DNA of 64,000 nucleotides from Rhodanobacter sp. (GTDB taxonomy: Bacteria > Pseudomonadota > Gammaproteobacteria > Xanthomonadales > Rhodanobacteraceae): assembly GCA_050737735.1 (NCBI GenBank), contig JBOHYM010000031.1, positions 18,132 through 82,131 on the forward strand. Direction: 5' to 3'. Below, one piece after another: positions 20,263-30,020 of this stretch. Positions within the stretch are counted from its first letter, which is position 1, and each line of letters opens with the position of its first letter. The notes beneath the pieces are model-generated. The model was not told the origin of the DNA. It did no database searches and worked only from the letters and a program-made list of their open reading frames with translations. The translations under genes and the position numbers were made by a program.

Positions 20263-21408
20263 ATGGCCACCCGCAGGCTCGTGCTGATGTTCGACGGCAC
20301 CTGGAACAAACCCGAGTCGAATACCAATGTGGAGCGGCTGCGCCGGTTCATCGCACCGTGCGATGCCGCGGGCGTCGAGCAGCTCGTCAACTACATCCCG
20401 GGTGTCGGCGTGACATCGGGGTTGGCCCACCTGCTCGGCGGTGCCTTCGGTTACGGCCTGTCGGACAACGTGCTGGATGGCTATCGCTGGTTATGTGCCA
20501 CCTGGCAGCCCGGCGACGAGCTCTACCTGTTCGGTTTCAGCCGTGGTGCCTACGCCGCGCGCAGCCTCGGTGGCCTGATCCGCAAGTGCGGCCTGCTCCG
20601 GTGCCATCACGACGGCAGCGTGACCAAGGCCGATATTTCCAGCGCCTACGATTTATACCGCGACATCGCCTGCAAGCCGGACGACGCGGTTGCGGTGGCT
20701 TTCCGCGCCAGTCACTCGATCGAGATCGGGATCCACTTCATCGGCGTGTGGGATACGGTCGGCTCGCTCGGCATACCAGATACCGCCTCGTGGTTTCCGT
20801 TCGCCCGCGCGCGCTATCAATTCCACGACACCGAGCTGAGCAAGATCGTCAAGTACGCCTATCAGGCGCTGGCGCTGGATGAGCACCGTGCCGACTTCAA
20901 GCCGGCGGTGTGGACGCGCAACCCGGACACGCTGAAAACCGGCGATACCCTGACTTCGAAGAAGGCGGAACAGATCGAGATCGAGCAGCGCTGGTTCATC
21001 GGCGCGCATGCCGACGTCGGCGGTGGCAACGACTGCGATGGCGCCGGGCGCAAGCCCGACCCGCTGCCCGACCTGCCGCTGGCGTGGCTGCAGTGCAAGG
21101 CGATCACGGCTGGTCTGGTCTGCGACGGAATCATCATTCCCGGCACGGATGCAGATATCGGCGTGCCACGCAATTCCTACGCGGAGTTCATGTATGGCCT
21201 CTACAAGGAGTTCAAGCCGCCGTTCGACCGCGTGCTGGGTACCGGTGTGAACGAAAAGGTCGACGATTCGGTCTGGCAGCGCTGGCTCACCGATGCCAGC
21301 TACCGCTCGCCATCACTGGCGCAGGCACTGACCCGTGCGGTCGTGCTTATGTCGGTCGAAACCGTGGTGGCGCTGGATACGACGGTCGACCCTGGCCAAC
21401 CCGCGTAG
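20263..21408 (+). CDS. DUF2235 / Tle1-like alpha/beta hydrolase
   Basis: FDGTWN, GFSRGAY (GxSxG), GVWDTV, ALDEHR, WFIGAHADVGGG; SD GGAGAG before the ATG at 20263. Confidence 0.88.
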   Translation: MATRRLVLMFDGTWNKPESNTNVERLRRFIAPCDAAGVEQLVNYIPGVGVTSGLAHLLGGAFGYGLSDNVLDGYRWLCATWQPGDELYLFGFSRGAYAARSLGGLIRKCGLLRCHHDGSVTKADISSAYDLYRDIACKPDDAVAVAFRASHSIEIGIHFIGVWDTVGSLGIPDTASWFPFARARYQFHDTELSKIVKYAYQALALDEHRADFKPAVWTRNPDTLKTGDTLTSKKAEQIEIEQRWFIGAHADVGGGNDCDGAGRKPDPLPDLPLAWLQCKAITAGLVCDGIIIPGTDADIGVPRNSYAEFMYGLYKEFKPPFDRVLGTGVNEKVDDSVWQRWLTDASYRSPSLAQALTRAVVLMSVETVVALDTTVDPGQPA

Positions 21409-21453
21409 CATCGATTCCTGCCGGTACAACGTCGTTGCGCAGCCGTGGCCGGA

Positions 21454-22722
21454 TCAATGCGGCTCGACGATCTCCGCCTGCATCACCGTCGTGGCATCCG
21501 TGTCTGCCACCACCTGATCCAGCGGGAGCCGGGTAACAGCGCGATACCAGCGCCATGCCAGGACCCCGATCACGGTCAGCATCGACGCACCCAACGCAAG
21601 CTGCAGCAGGCTGACCGACAGCAGCGGCGACAGCACGCCGGCGACCAGACTGCAAAGCAGCAGGCTGGCAAACGCCTGCACCGAGGAAATGCCGCCACGC
21701 TGTTGCGGGAAGCGATCCAGCAGCAGCAAGGTCAGCGTGGGAAACGCCAGTTGCACACCGATGCCGTGCAGGATCAGCGGCAGCATCGACCACGGCAAGC
21801 GTGGCGCCGGAAACACCAGCGCCAGCAGCAGGTGCAGCGCACAGGCCAGCAACATCACCGCGTAGCCCAGGTTCACCGTGAAACCCGCGCTGCGCCGTTC
21901 GGCCATCCGCCCGGACAGCCACGCACCGCCGATCAACCCGATCACCACCGGCATGAACAGCCACGGGAAGCCGGCCGCCGACAGGTGCAGCAGCTCGCGC
22001 ACGATGCGCGGCGCCGAGGCGATGTACAGGAACAGTCCGGCGAAGTTGACCGAACTGGAAATCAGCAACGGCCAGAATGGCCGATCGCGACCGAACGAGA
22101 CATAGCTGGCCAACAACGGGCGCGGCGCAAACGACGTGCGCCGCGCCGGCGGGTGACTCTCCTGCAGCAGCAGTGCGAGGGCCAGCGCCAGCAATGTGGT
22201 AAATCCGGCCAACACCCAGAAGATGCCATGCCAGCCGCCGAGCGGCAGCAGCAGCGCGCCGACCATCGGCGCGATCACCGGCGCCACGCCGAAAATCATC
22301 ATCACCTGCGCCATCAGTCGCTGCGCAGCGGCGCCCTCGAGTGTGTCGCGGATCACCGCACGTCCCACCACCAGCCCTGCGCCGGCGCATACGCCCTGCA
22401 GACCGCGGCAGGCCAGCAGCATCGCGAACGAGGTCGACAGCGCCGCGCCCACCGAGGCCAGCGCATACACCAGCATGCCGGTGACCATGACCGGCTTGCG
22501 CCCGATCGCGTCGGAGATCGCCCCGTGGAACAGGCTCATCGCCGCATAGGTGACCAGGTACACGCTGATCAGTTGTTGCAGCGCCGTGTCGTCCACCGCG
22601 AAGCGCGCACCGATCAGCGGAAACGACGGAAACACCGCGTCGATCGAGAATGGCCCGATCATCGACAGCCCCGCCAGCAGCCACGGCAGGCTGCGGTGCA
22701 CAGGGCGATTGGCTGGGCTCAT
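21454..22722 (-). CDS. Bcr/CflA subfamily MFS multidrug efflux transporter
   Basis: GPFSIDAVFPSFP, HGAISDAIGRKPV, about 12 TM helices. Confidence 0.9.
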   Translation of the reverse strand: MSPANRPVHRSLPWLLAGLSMIGPFSIDAVFPSFPLIGARFAVDDTALQQLISVYLVTYAAMSLFHGAISDAIGRKPVMVTGMLVYALASVGAALSTSFAMLLACRGLQGVCAGAGLVVGRAVIRDTLEGAAAQRLMAQVMMIFGVAPVIAPMVGALLLPLGGWHGIFWVLAGFTTLLALALALLLQESHPPARRTSFAPRPLLASYVSFGRDRPFWPLLISSSVNFAGLFLYIASAPRIVRELLHLSAAGFPWLFMPVVIGLIGGAWLSGRMAERRSAGFTVNLGYAVMLLACALHLLLALVFPAPRLPWSMLPLILHGIGVQLAFPTLTLLLLDRFPQQRGGISSVQAFASLLLCSLVAGVLSPLLSVSLLQLALGASMLTVIGVLAWRWYRAVTRLPLDQVVADTDATTVMQAEIVEPH

Positions 22723-22782
22723 GCGGGGATCGGCACATCGGCAGGGCCACGCAGTATAGAACCCCGCCGCAATCCATCGTGC

Positions 22783-22813
22783 TTGACGACGGGACCGCCA
22801 GATCGACTAGGAT
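22783..22813 (+). promoter_or_regulatory. Putative sigma70 promoter of the riboswitch-crcB transcript
   Basis: TTGACG (22783-88), 19-nt spacer, TAGGAT (22808-13); the predicted +1 falls just before the aptamer. The spacer is longer than consensus. Confidence 0.4.
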
Positions 22814-22821
22814 GATGATTC

Positions 22822-22910
22822 GGGAGATGGCATGCCTCCCGTTTCGCGGAGGCTTTCGGCACCGTGGAACCAACCACCTCCCGCCTTGCGTCGAGGTTGA
22901 TGATGCCTGC
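22822..22910 (+). ncRNA. Fluoride riboswitch (crcB RNA motif)
   Basis: GGGAGATGGCATGCCTCCC (P1 plus pseudoknot strand), AACC-ACCTC..GAGGT-TGATGATGCCTGC 3' signature; directly upstream of crcB. Confidence 0.9.
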
Positions 22911-22989
22911 ACCACCGGCTTCCGGCGGGGCAGGCGTGCCTGCCACCGCGGCAACCGGACACTCATAGAAATTGTCAGGAGACGCGCTC

Positions 22990-23376
22990 GTGGGCTTTAC
23001 CGGATTTGCTGCTATTGGCGTCGGCGGCGCCTTGGGATGCTGGCTGCGCTGGGGTCTGGGCATCCTGCTCAACCCGCTGTTTCCCACCCTGCCCTTGGGC
23101 ACGCTCGCGGCCAACCTCGCCGGTGGCCTGATGATGGGCTGCGTGATGGGCCTGTTCGATCACTTCCAGACCCTGTCGCCTGAACTGCGGTTGTTCGTGT
23201 TCACCGGCTTCCTCGGCGGGTTGACCACGTTCTCCACCTTTTCGGCCGAATCCGCCACCCTGCTGCTGCGCCAGCAATACCTGTGGTTCAGCGGGCATGT
23301 GGCGGCGCATCTGCTCGGTTCGCTGGCGATGACCGTGCTGGGCATCACCCTCACCCGCAGCCTGCTGCGTCACTGA
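22990..23376 (+). CDS. crcB: Fluoride efflux channel CrcB/Fluc
   Basis: GGALGCWLRW, PLGTLAANL, TGFLGGLTTFSTFS; GTG start with SD CAGGAG. Confidence 0.95.
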   Translation: MGFTGFAAIGVGGALGCWLRWGLGILLNPLFPTLPLGTLAANLAGGLMMGCVMGLFDHFQTLSPELRLFVFTGFLGGLTTFSTFSAESATLLLRQQYLWFSGHVAAHLLGSLAMTVLGITLTRSLLRH

Positions 23377-23389
23377 CCCGGAGCACCGC

Positions 23390-23728
23390 ATGAACCAGGA
23401 AACTGTGCAACAGGGCGTGCATCTGACCTTCTACTGCCATCTGCGTGCGAAGCACGACGGCATGCTGCTGTCCGAATGGCTACTGGAACAGGCCAAGGAG
23501 CACGGCCTCGGTGGTGGTTCGGTCTTCCGCGCGATCGCCGGCTTCGGCCGGCATGGCGTGCTGCACGAGGAACAGTTCTTCGAACTGGCCGACGACCTGC
23601 CGGTCAAGATCGAATTCCTGCTGCGCGAGGATCAGGCCGAACTACTGCTGCAACTGGTGCGTGTGGCCGACGTCGACGCAACGTATGCACGCTGGCCGGC
23701 AAGCTTTGCGGTACTCAGTAAACACTGA
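23390..23728 (+). CDS. DUF190 domain (PII-like) protein
   Basis: GGSVFRAIAGFGRHG, LADDLPVKIEF; usual crcB neighbour. Confidence 0.88.
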   Translation: MNQETVQQGVHLTFYCHLRAKHDGMLLSEWLLEQAKEHGLGGGSVFRAIAGFGRHGVLHEEQFFELADDLPVKIEFLLREDQAELLLQLVRVADVDATYARWPASFAVLSKH

Positions 23729-23760
23729 CCATCACGATTTCACCCGCTGCGAGGCAACGC

Positions 23761-24879
23761 ATGAGCCAGGACGACCTGAAGAACCGCGCCAGCGAACTGC
23801 TCGAACAGGCTGGCATCCGTATCGACGGCACTGCACCGATCGACCTGCGCGTGCATGACGAGCGCTTGTACGCGCGTGTGTTCGCGCACGGTTCGCTGGG
23901 ACTGGGCGAGGCGTATATGGATGGCTGGTGGGATGCTGACGACCTGCCCGGTCTGTGCACTCGCCTGCTCACTGCCGGGCTGGACCAGGAGCTGAAGACC
24001 CTCGATACCCTGCTCGCGCATCTCAAGGCCCGCTTCATCAACCTGCAACGCGGCGAGCGCGCCTTCGAGATCGGCAAGGTGCACTACGACCTCGGCAACG
24101 ACCTGTTCCACGCCATGCTTGGCGCGCGGCTGGTGTATTCCTGCGGCTACTGGGCGCGCGCCGACAACCTCGACGATGCGCAGGCGGCCAAGCTCGACCT
24201 GATCTGCCGCAAGCTGCAGTTGCAGACCGGCCAGCGCGTGCTGGATATCGGCTGCGGCTGGGGCGAGGCGCTGAAGTATGCGGCAGAGCACTACGGCATC
24301 GAAGGCGTCGGCATCACCGTGTCGCAGGAGCAGGCCGACTACGCGCGCGCGCTGTGCGCCGGGTTGCCCATCGAGATCCGCCTGCAGGACTACCGCGAGG
24401 TCGACGAACGGTTCGATGCGGTGTATTCCCTCGGCATGTTCGAGCATGTCGGCGGCAAGAACTATCGCGCGTATTTCGAATCGGTGCGCCGCTGCCTGAA
24501 AGACGATGGCCTGTCGCTGCTGCACTGCATCGGCAGCAACAGCGCCCCTGCACAGACCGATCCGTGGATCGAAAAGTACATCTTCCCGAACTCGATGATC
24601 CCCGCCGCCAGCCAGGTGGCGGCTGCGCTGGAAGACCTGTTCGTGGTCGAGGACTGGCACAACTTCGGCACCGACTACGACCGCACCCTGGCAGCCTGGA
24701 GCGCCAACTTCGAAGCGGCATGGCCGACGTTGTCAGCCCGTTATGACGAGCGGTTTCGGCGCATGTGGCGCTATTACCTGGCCGTTTCCACCGCGGTCTT
24801 CCGCAGCCGCCGCGACCAGTTGTGGCAGCTCACCCTGAGCCCGCGCGGCGTGCCTGGCGGTTACCGCGTACCGCGTTGA
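23761..24879 (+). CDS. cfa: Cyclopropane-fatty-acyl-phospholipid synthase
   Basis: HYDLGNDLF, YSCGYW, VLDIGCGWG, SLGMFEHVG, WIEKYIFP, RMWRYYL. Confidence 0.95.
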   Translation: MSQDDLKNRASELLEQAGIRIDGTAPIDLRVHDERLYARVFAHGSLGLGEAYMDGWWDADDLPGLCTRLLTAGLDQELKTLDTLLAHLKARFINLQRGERAFEIGKVHYDLGNDLFHAMLGARLVYSCGYWARADNLDDAQAAKLDLICRKLQLQTGQRVLDIGCGWGEALKYAAEHYGIEGVGITVSQEQADYARALCAGLPIEIRLQDYREVDERFDAVYSLGMFEHVGGKNYRAYFESVRRCLKDDGLSLLHCIGSNSAPAQTDPWIEKYIFPNSMIPAASQVAAALEDLFVVEDWHNFGTDYDRTLAAWSANFEAAWPTLSARYDERFRRMWRYYLAVSTAVFRSRRDQLWQLTLSPRGVPGGYRVPR

Positions 24880-24960
24880 CACGTGCCATGTTGAATCCAT
24901 CGCCAGCGCGGCCGCTTCGTGCCACCATCGCCAGCGACGTATCCGTCACGGGGAAGCCGC

Positions 24961-25839
24961 ATGTCCTTGTTCCATCACCTCCGTCGCTGCGCGGCCATCG
25001 CGCTGCTCAGCCTGCTGCCGGTTACCACGGCGCTGGCCCAGCCGGCGCTGTGGATGGTGAAGAACGCGCACACCACCATCTACCTGTTCGGCACCGTGCA
25101 TCTGCTGCCGGACGACACCACCTGGCACTACCCTGCACTGGACCAGGCGCTCGCCGCCAGCGACTCGCTGACGATCGAGCTGACCGATGACGATAGCGCG
25201 AGCATGCAGGCGCTGGTGCTGCAATACGGACTCGACCCGGCCCATCCGCTGTCGGCCAGGCTCACGCCGGCCGAAAACGCCAGTCTGGCACAGGCCGCGC
25301 AGACCGCCGGCCTGCCCGGCGGCATCCAGACCCTGCAGATCATGCGGCCATGGCTGGCTGCGCTGACGCTCGCCGTGGCGCCGCTGGTGAAAGCCGGCCT
25401 CGATCCCGCACATGGTGTGGACAAGCTGCTGAAGGCGCAGATGCAGCAGGCCGGCAAGCCGGTGAACGGCATGGAAACCGCCGAACAGCAGATCCGCTTC
25501 CTCGCTGACCTGCCGCCGGACGTCGAACTGGCCTTCCTGCGCTCGACCCTGCATGACATCGACAAGGGACCGGCCGAGCTCACCGAGCTGATCAGCGCGT
25601 GGAAAAATGGCGACATCGCCACCATCGCGCGGATCGAGGACGAGGATGTGCGTCAGCAGGCCCCCGAGCTCTATCAACGCCTGCTGGTGCAGCGCAACCA
25701 GGCTTGGGCCAGCAAGATCGCCACCATGCTGCAGCAATCCGGCACCGTCTTCATCGCCGTCGGCGCCGGGCATCTGGCCGGACCGGACAGCGTGCAGGTG
25801 CAGCTCGGAAAGCTTGGCATCGAGGCGATCCGCCAGTAA
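24961..25839 (+). CDS. TraB/GumN family protein
   Basis: Signal peptide; YLFGTVH, RNQAW, FIAVGAGHL. Confidence 0.9.
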   Translation: MSLFHHLRRCAAIALLSLLPVTTALAQPALWMVKNAHTTIYLFGTVHLLPDDTTWHYPALDQALAASDSLTIELTDDDSASMQALVLQYGLDPAHPLSARLTPAENASLAQAAQTAGLPGGIQTLQIMRPWLAALTLAVAPLVKAGLDPAHGVDKLLKAQMQQAGKPVNGMETAEQQIRFLADLPPDVELAFLRSTLHDIDKGPAELTELISAWKNGDIATIARIEDEDVRQQAPELYQRLLVQRNQAWASKIATMLQQSGTVFIAVGAGHLAGPDSVQVQLGKLGIEAIRQ

Positions 25840-25859
25840 CGCACTATCCGGGGCAGCCA

Positions 25860-25949
25860 TTGTGGGAGCGACTTCAGTCGCGATGCTCTTTCTTTATGAA
25901 TGCAGAAGCGTCGCGACTGAAGTCGCTCCCACAAGATCCGCTCCTACAA
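25860..25949. repeat. REP doublet (REPIN-like), GTGG/GTAG-GAGCGACT family
   Basis: Perfect 24-bp inverted repeat TTGTGGGAGCGACTTCAGTCGCGA (25860-83) / TCGCGACTGAAGTCGCTCCCACAA (25911-34), plus partial copy GCTCCTACAA (25940-49). Confidence 0.85.
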
Positions 25950-26019
25950 GAATCGGCCGCTTTCTGGCACCATCGACCGGTTACGCGCGTAACGCGTGCT
26001 ACCTGACTGACCTACCTGC

Positions 26020-28260
26020 ATGAACCTGCAAGCCAATTACGAACAGATCCCACTCAAGGAATACGCCGAGCGGGCCTATCTCGATTACTCGATGTACGTG
26101 GTGCTGGACCGCGCCCTGCCCTTCGTCGGCGACGGCCTGAAGCCGGTGCAGCGGCGCATCATCTACGCGATGAGCGAGCTGGGCCTGGCCGCCACGGCGA
26201 AGCCGAAGAAATCCGCACGCACGATCGGTGACGTGATCGGCAAGTTCCATCCGCACGGTGACAGCTCCTGCTATGAAGCGATGGTGCTGATGGCGCAGCC
26301 GTTCTCGTACCGCTATCCACTGGTCGACGGCCAGGGCAACTTCGGCTCACCGGACGACCCGAAGAGCTTCGCGGCGATGCGCTACACCGAGAGCAAGCTC
26401 AGCCCGATCGCCGAAGCACTGCTGGGCGAACTGGGTCAGGGCACGGTCGACTGGGTGCCGAACTTCGACGGCACATTGGAGGAACCGAGCTGGCTACCGG
26501 CACGCGTGCCGCACGTGCTGCTCAACGGCTCGATGGGCATCGCCGTGGGCATGGCCACCGACATCCCGCCGCACAACCTGCGCGAACTGGCCAGCGCGTG
26601 CATCCGCCTGCTGGACGATCCGGACGCCACCGTCGCCGACCTGTTCGAGCACGTGCGCGGCCCGGATTATCCGACCGAAGCGGAGATCATCACCCCACGC
26701 GCCGACCTGCTGGCGATGTACCAGACGGGTGGTGGTTCGGTGCGCGCCCGCGCGGTGTACCAGCGCGAGGAAGGCAACATCGTGATCACCGCGCTGCCGC
26801 ACCAGGTCAGCCCGTCGAAGATCCTTGAGCAGATCGCTGCGCAGATGCGCGCGAAGAAACTGCCGATGATCGAGGACCTGCGCGACGAATCCGACCACGA
26901 GAATCCGATCCGCCTGGTGATCGTGCCGCGCTCGAACCGCGTCGACGCCGACGAGACGATGCAGCACCTGTTCGCCACGACGGATATGGAGAAGAGCTTC
27001 CGCGTCAACCTCAACATGATCGGGCTGGATGGGCGTCCGGCGGTAAAGGATCTCAAACGCATCCTCAGCGAATGGCTGGCGTTCCGCACCAGCACGGTCA
27101 CCCGCCGCCTGGAGCACCGCCTGGCCAAGGTCGAACGCCGCCTGCATCTGCTCGAAGGCCTGCGCATCGCGTACCTCAACCTCGACGAGGTCATCCGCAT
27201 CGTGCGTACCGAGGACGAACCGAAAGCGGTGTTGATGGCGCGCTTCCGACTCAGCGAGGAGCAGACCGACTACATCCTCGAAACGCGCCTGCGCCAGCTC
27301 GCCCGTCTCGAGGAAATGAAGATCACCGCCGAGGCGGATCAGCTCGAAGAGGAGCGCGCCAAGATCAACGTCCTGCTGAAATCGCCGGCCAAGCTGAAAA
27401 GCCTGATCAAGGACGAGCTGCGCGCCGACGCCGCTAAGTTCGGCGACGATCGCCGCTCGCCACTGGTGCAGCGCGACGCGGCACAGGCGCTGGATGAGAG
27501 CGCCCTGGTCGCCAGCGAACCGGTCACCGTGGTGCTGAGCCAGAAGGGCTGGGCACGCGCGGCGAAGGGCCACGACATCGACGCCGAGGGCCTGAACTAC
27601 CGCGAAGGCGATGGCCTGCTCGCCGCCGTGAAGGCGCGCACCACTCAGCAGGTGGCGTTCATCGACTCCACCGGCCGTGCCTACTCCACGCCAGCGCATA
27701 CCCTGCCCTCGGCGCGTGGCAACGGCGAGCCGCTCACCGGCCGCTTCAGCCCGACCGCCGGCGCCAGCTTCGATGCCGTGATCGCCGGCGACAACGACAC
27801 CCGGCTGATCCTCGCCACCGATTTCGGCTACGGCTTCGTCACCCGCTTCGAGGCGCTTACCGGGCGCCAGAAGGCCGGCAAGCAGATCATCAGCCTCAGC
27901 GACGGCGCCCACGTGCTGGCGCCGCAAGTCAGCGCCGACCCGGCACGCGACCGCATCGTGGTGGTCACCACCGAAGGCCATCTGTTGATGTTCTCGGTCG
28001 CCGAGCTGCCGGAGCTGGACAAGGGCAAGGGCAACAAGCTGATCGAGGTGCCGAAGGCAAAACTCGTCAGCGGCGACGAGCGCGTCGCCGGCGTGGCCGT
28101 GGTCAGCGAAGGCAAGGGTGAAGTCACACTTTACGCCGGTCAGCGTAAACTCACCCTGAAATGGTCAGATCTGGTGGAATACGGTGGTAACCGCGCCACC
28201 CGCGGCGGCCTGCTGCCACGCGGCCTGCGCCGGGTGGAGCGGATCGAGACGACGGCCTGA
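26020..28260 (+). CDS. parC: DNA topoisomerase IV subunit A
   Basis: [33 protein letters not shown] active-site Tyr, 746 aa. Confidence 0.97.
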   Translation: MNLQANYEQIPLKEYAERAYLDYSMYVVLDRALPFVGDGLKPVQRRIIYAMSELGLAATAKPKKSARTIGDVIGKFHPHGDSSCYEAMVLMAQPFSYRYPLVDGQGNFGSPDDPKSFAAMRYTESKLSPIAEALLGELGQGTVDWVPNFDGTLEEPSWLPARVPHVLLNGSMGIAVGMATDIPPHNLRELASACIRLLDDPDATVADLFEHVRGPDYPTEAEIITPRADLLAMYQTGGGSVRARAVYQREEGNIVITALPHQVSPSKILEQIAAQMRAKKLPMIEDLRDESDHENPIRLVIVPRSNRVDADETMQHLFATTDMEKSFRVNLNMIGLDGRPAVKDLKRILSEWLAFRTSTVTRRLEHRLAKVERRLHLLEGLRIAYLNLDEVIRIVRTEDEPKAVLMARFRLSEEQTDYILETRLRQLARLEEMKITAEADQLEEERAKINVLLKSPAKLKSLIKDELRADAAKFGDDRRSPLVQRDAAQALDESALVASEPVTVVLSQKGWARAAKGHDIDAEGLNYREGDGLLAAVKARTTQQVAFIDSTGRAYSTPAHTLPSARGNGEPLTGRFSPTAGASFDAVIAGDNDTRLILATDFGYGFVTRFEALTGRQKAGKQIISLSDGAHVLAPQVSADPARDRIVVVTTEGHLLMFSVAELPELDKGKGNKLIEVPKAKLVSGDERVAGVAVVSEGKGEVTLYAGQRKLTLKWSDLVEYGGNRATRGGLLPRGLRRVERIETTA

Positions 28261-28280
28261 GGGCACCGCCTGACGACAAG

Positions 28281-28305
28281 GGATGGCAGGAACTTCCTGC
28301 CATCC
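28281..28305. other. 10-bp stem-loop after parC (possible transcript-end structure)
   Basis: GGATGGCAGG-AACTT-CCTGCCATCC; no canonical U-tract. Confidence 0.45.
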
Positions 28306-28375
28306 GGCATTTCAAACAGGGATGTGCACGCCACACGGCCTCGTGCGTTGAACGCGTTATATCCCGGAGCACCTC

Positions 28376-28849
28376 ATGAACCTGAAACGTCCGATCCTTG
28401 TCCTGGCAGGCGCGCTGCTGGCCAGTTCTGCGTGGGCGCAGACGGCCACCCAGCCGCCGCTGAACCTCAAGCTGCCCCCCGGCGGCGCGCCGGCCGCCAG
28501 TTCGACAGCAGCCGCCCCCAGCAGCAGCAGTACCAGCACCACCAGCACGACCACCAGCAGCAAACCCGCGCCGGGTGTGTACTACGGCGACACCAGCGGA
28601 CGCATGGGCAACAGCGAGCGCGACACCGCCGCCGCGCAAGGCTGCGATGACTCCACCTACAACCAGGCGCAGATGCATGGCAGCGTGGGCATGGGCGTGG
28701 TCGGCGGCAACCACGTGAGCGGCAGCTACCAGACCGGCGAGGTCAACGTCACCAAGAACCTCGGCGATTGCGACCACCCCACCGGCACGGTCGGCTTTTC
28801 GATCAGTGTCGGCCAGGGCAATTTCCATGGTAACCGCGGCGGCTACTGA
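28376..28849 (+). CDS. Secreted hypothetical protein with Ser/Thr-rich linker
   Basis: Signal peptide (..ASSAWA-Q), PLNLKLP motif, two Cys, beta-strand-like C-terminus; SD GGAG. Confidence 0.75.
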   Translation: MNLKRPILVLAGALLASSAWAQTATQPPLNLKLPPGGAPAASSTAAAPSSSSTSTTSTTTSSKPAPGVYYGDTSGRMGNSERDTAAAQGCDDSTYNQAQMHGSVGMGVVGGNHVSGSYQTGEVNVTKNLGDCDHPTGTVGFSISVGQGNFHGNRGGY

Positions 28850-28947
28850 GCCGGGTGCCATCATGAAGCACGACCACCGGGCGGGAAGTTCCGTCTGCCG
28901 TTCCGATGCATGGATCCCGGAACATGCCGAACCGGGAAAAACCGATG

Positions 28948-29235
28948 CACGGTGAGTACAAGATGCCCGGCGGCAAGCTGGTCGTGATCGATCTCGACGT
29001 GCGTGACGGGCACCTCGCGAACGTGCAGCTGAGCGGCGACTTCTTTCTTGAACCGGACAGTGCGCTGCACGCAATCAATGCCGCGCTGGCTGGCCAGCCG
29101 GTGGATGCCAATGAGGCAACGCTCGCCACCACGTTGCACCACGCGCTTCCCTCCGACGTGATGATGTACGGCGTGTCGCCCGAGGCCATCGCGGTCGCCG
29201 TGTGCCGCGCCCTGCACGGAGATCCTGACGCTTGA
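28948..29235 (+). CDS. Lipoate-protein ligase small (C-terminal-like/LplB) subunit
   Basis: MHGEYKMPGGKLVVIDL..VQLSGDFFLEP. Confidence 0.8.
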   Translation, partial: HGEYKMPGGKLVVIDLDVRDGHLANVQLSGDFFLEPDSALHAINAALAGQPVDANEATLATTLHHALPSDVMMYGVSPEAIAVAVCRALHGDPDA

Positions 29236-30008
29236 TGCGCACCGACTGGCATGACCACGACTGGCAACTGATCCACACCGTCCCGCAATCGCCCACGTTG
29301 CACATGGCGCTGGACGATGTGCTCACCCACGAGGTCGGTGCCGGCCAGCGCGCGCCGACGCTGCGTATCTGGGAATGGGCAGCGCCAGCGGTGGTGATCG
29401 GGCGCTTCCAGTCGCTGCGCAATGAAGTCGATGCACAAGCGGCGCAACGCCACGGCATCCAGGTGGTGCGACGGATCAGCGGCGGCGGCGCCATGTTCAT
29501 CGAACCGGGCAACACGATCACCTATTCGATCTATGCGCCGCTGTCGCTGATCAAGGGGCTGTCGTTCCAGCAAGCGTATGCGTTCATGGACGCATGGGTG
29601 ATCGAGGCCCTCGGCGAGCTGGGCATCAAAGCCTGGTACCAGCCGCTCAACGACATCACCTCCGACGGCGGCAAGATCGCCGGTGCCGCGCAGGTGCACC
29701 GCGGCGGCGCGGTGCTGCATCACGTGACGATGGCCTACGACATCGACGCCAGCAAGATGCTGGACGTATTGCGCATCGGTCGCGAGAAACTGTCCGACAA
29801 AGGCACCACCAGCGCCGCCAAGCGGGTCGACCCGCTGCGCAGCCAGACCGGGCTGCCACGCGAGGCCGTGATCGGGCAGATGATCGCCACGTTCCGCCGC
29901 CTGCATGGCCTGACCGACGACGTGCTGAAGCCGGACGAACTCGCCCGCGCCGAGGCATTGGCGCAGGACAAGTTCAGCAGCGTGACGTGGCTGACCGACG
30001 TCGCGTAA
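29235..30008 (+). CDS. lplA: Lipoate-protein ligase A catalytic domain
   Basis: VVRRISGGGAMF, NDI....KIAGAAQ, HHVTM; TGATG overlap with the upstream gene. Confidence 0.85.
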   Translation: MRTDWHDHDWQLIHTVPQSPTLHMALDDVLTHEVGAGQRAPTLRIWEWAAPAVVIGRFQSLRNEVDAQAAQRHGIQVVRRISGGGAMFIEPGNTITYSIYAPLSLIKGLSFQQAYAFMDAWVIEALGELGIKAWYQPLNDITSDGGKIAGAAQVHRGGAVLHHVTMAYDIDASKMLDVLRIGREKLSDKGTTSAAKRVDPLRSQTGLPREAVIGQMIATFRRLHGLTDDVLKPDELARAEALAQDKFSSVTWLTDVA

Positions 30009-30020
30009 ACCGCTCCGCTC

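Noticed and set aside
28480-28565. AGC/ACC-rich tandem-like repeat
   Set aside because: It simply encodes the Ser/Thr low-complexity linker of a secreted protein.
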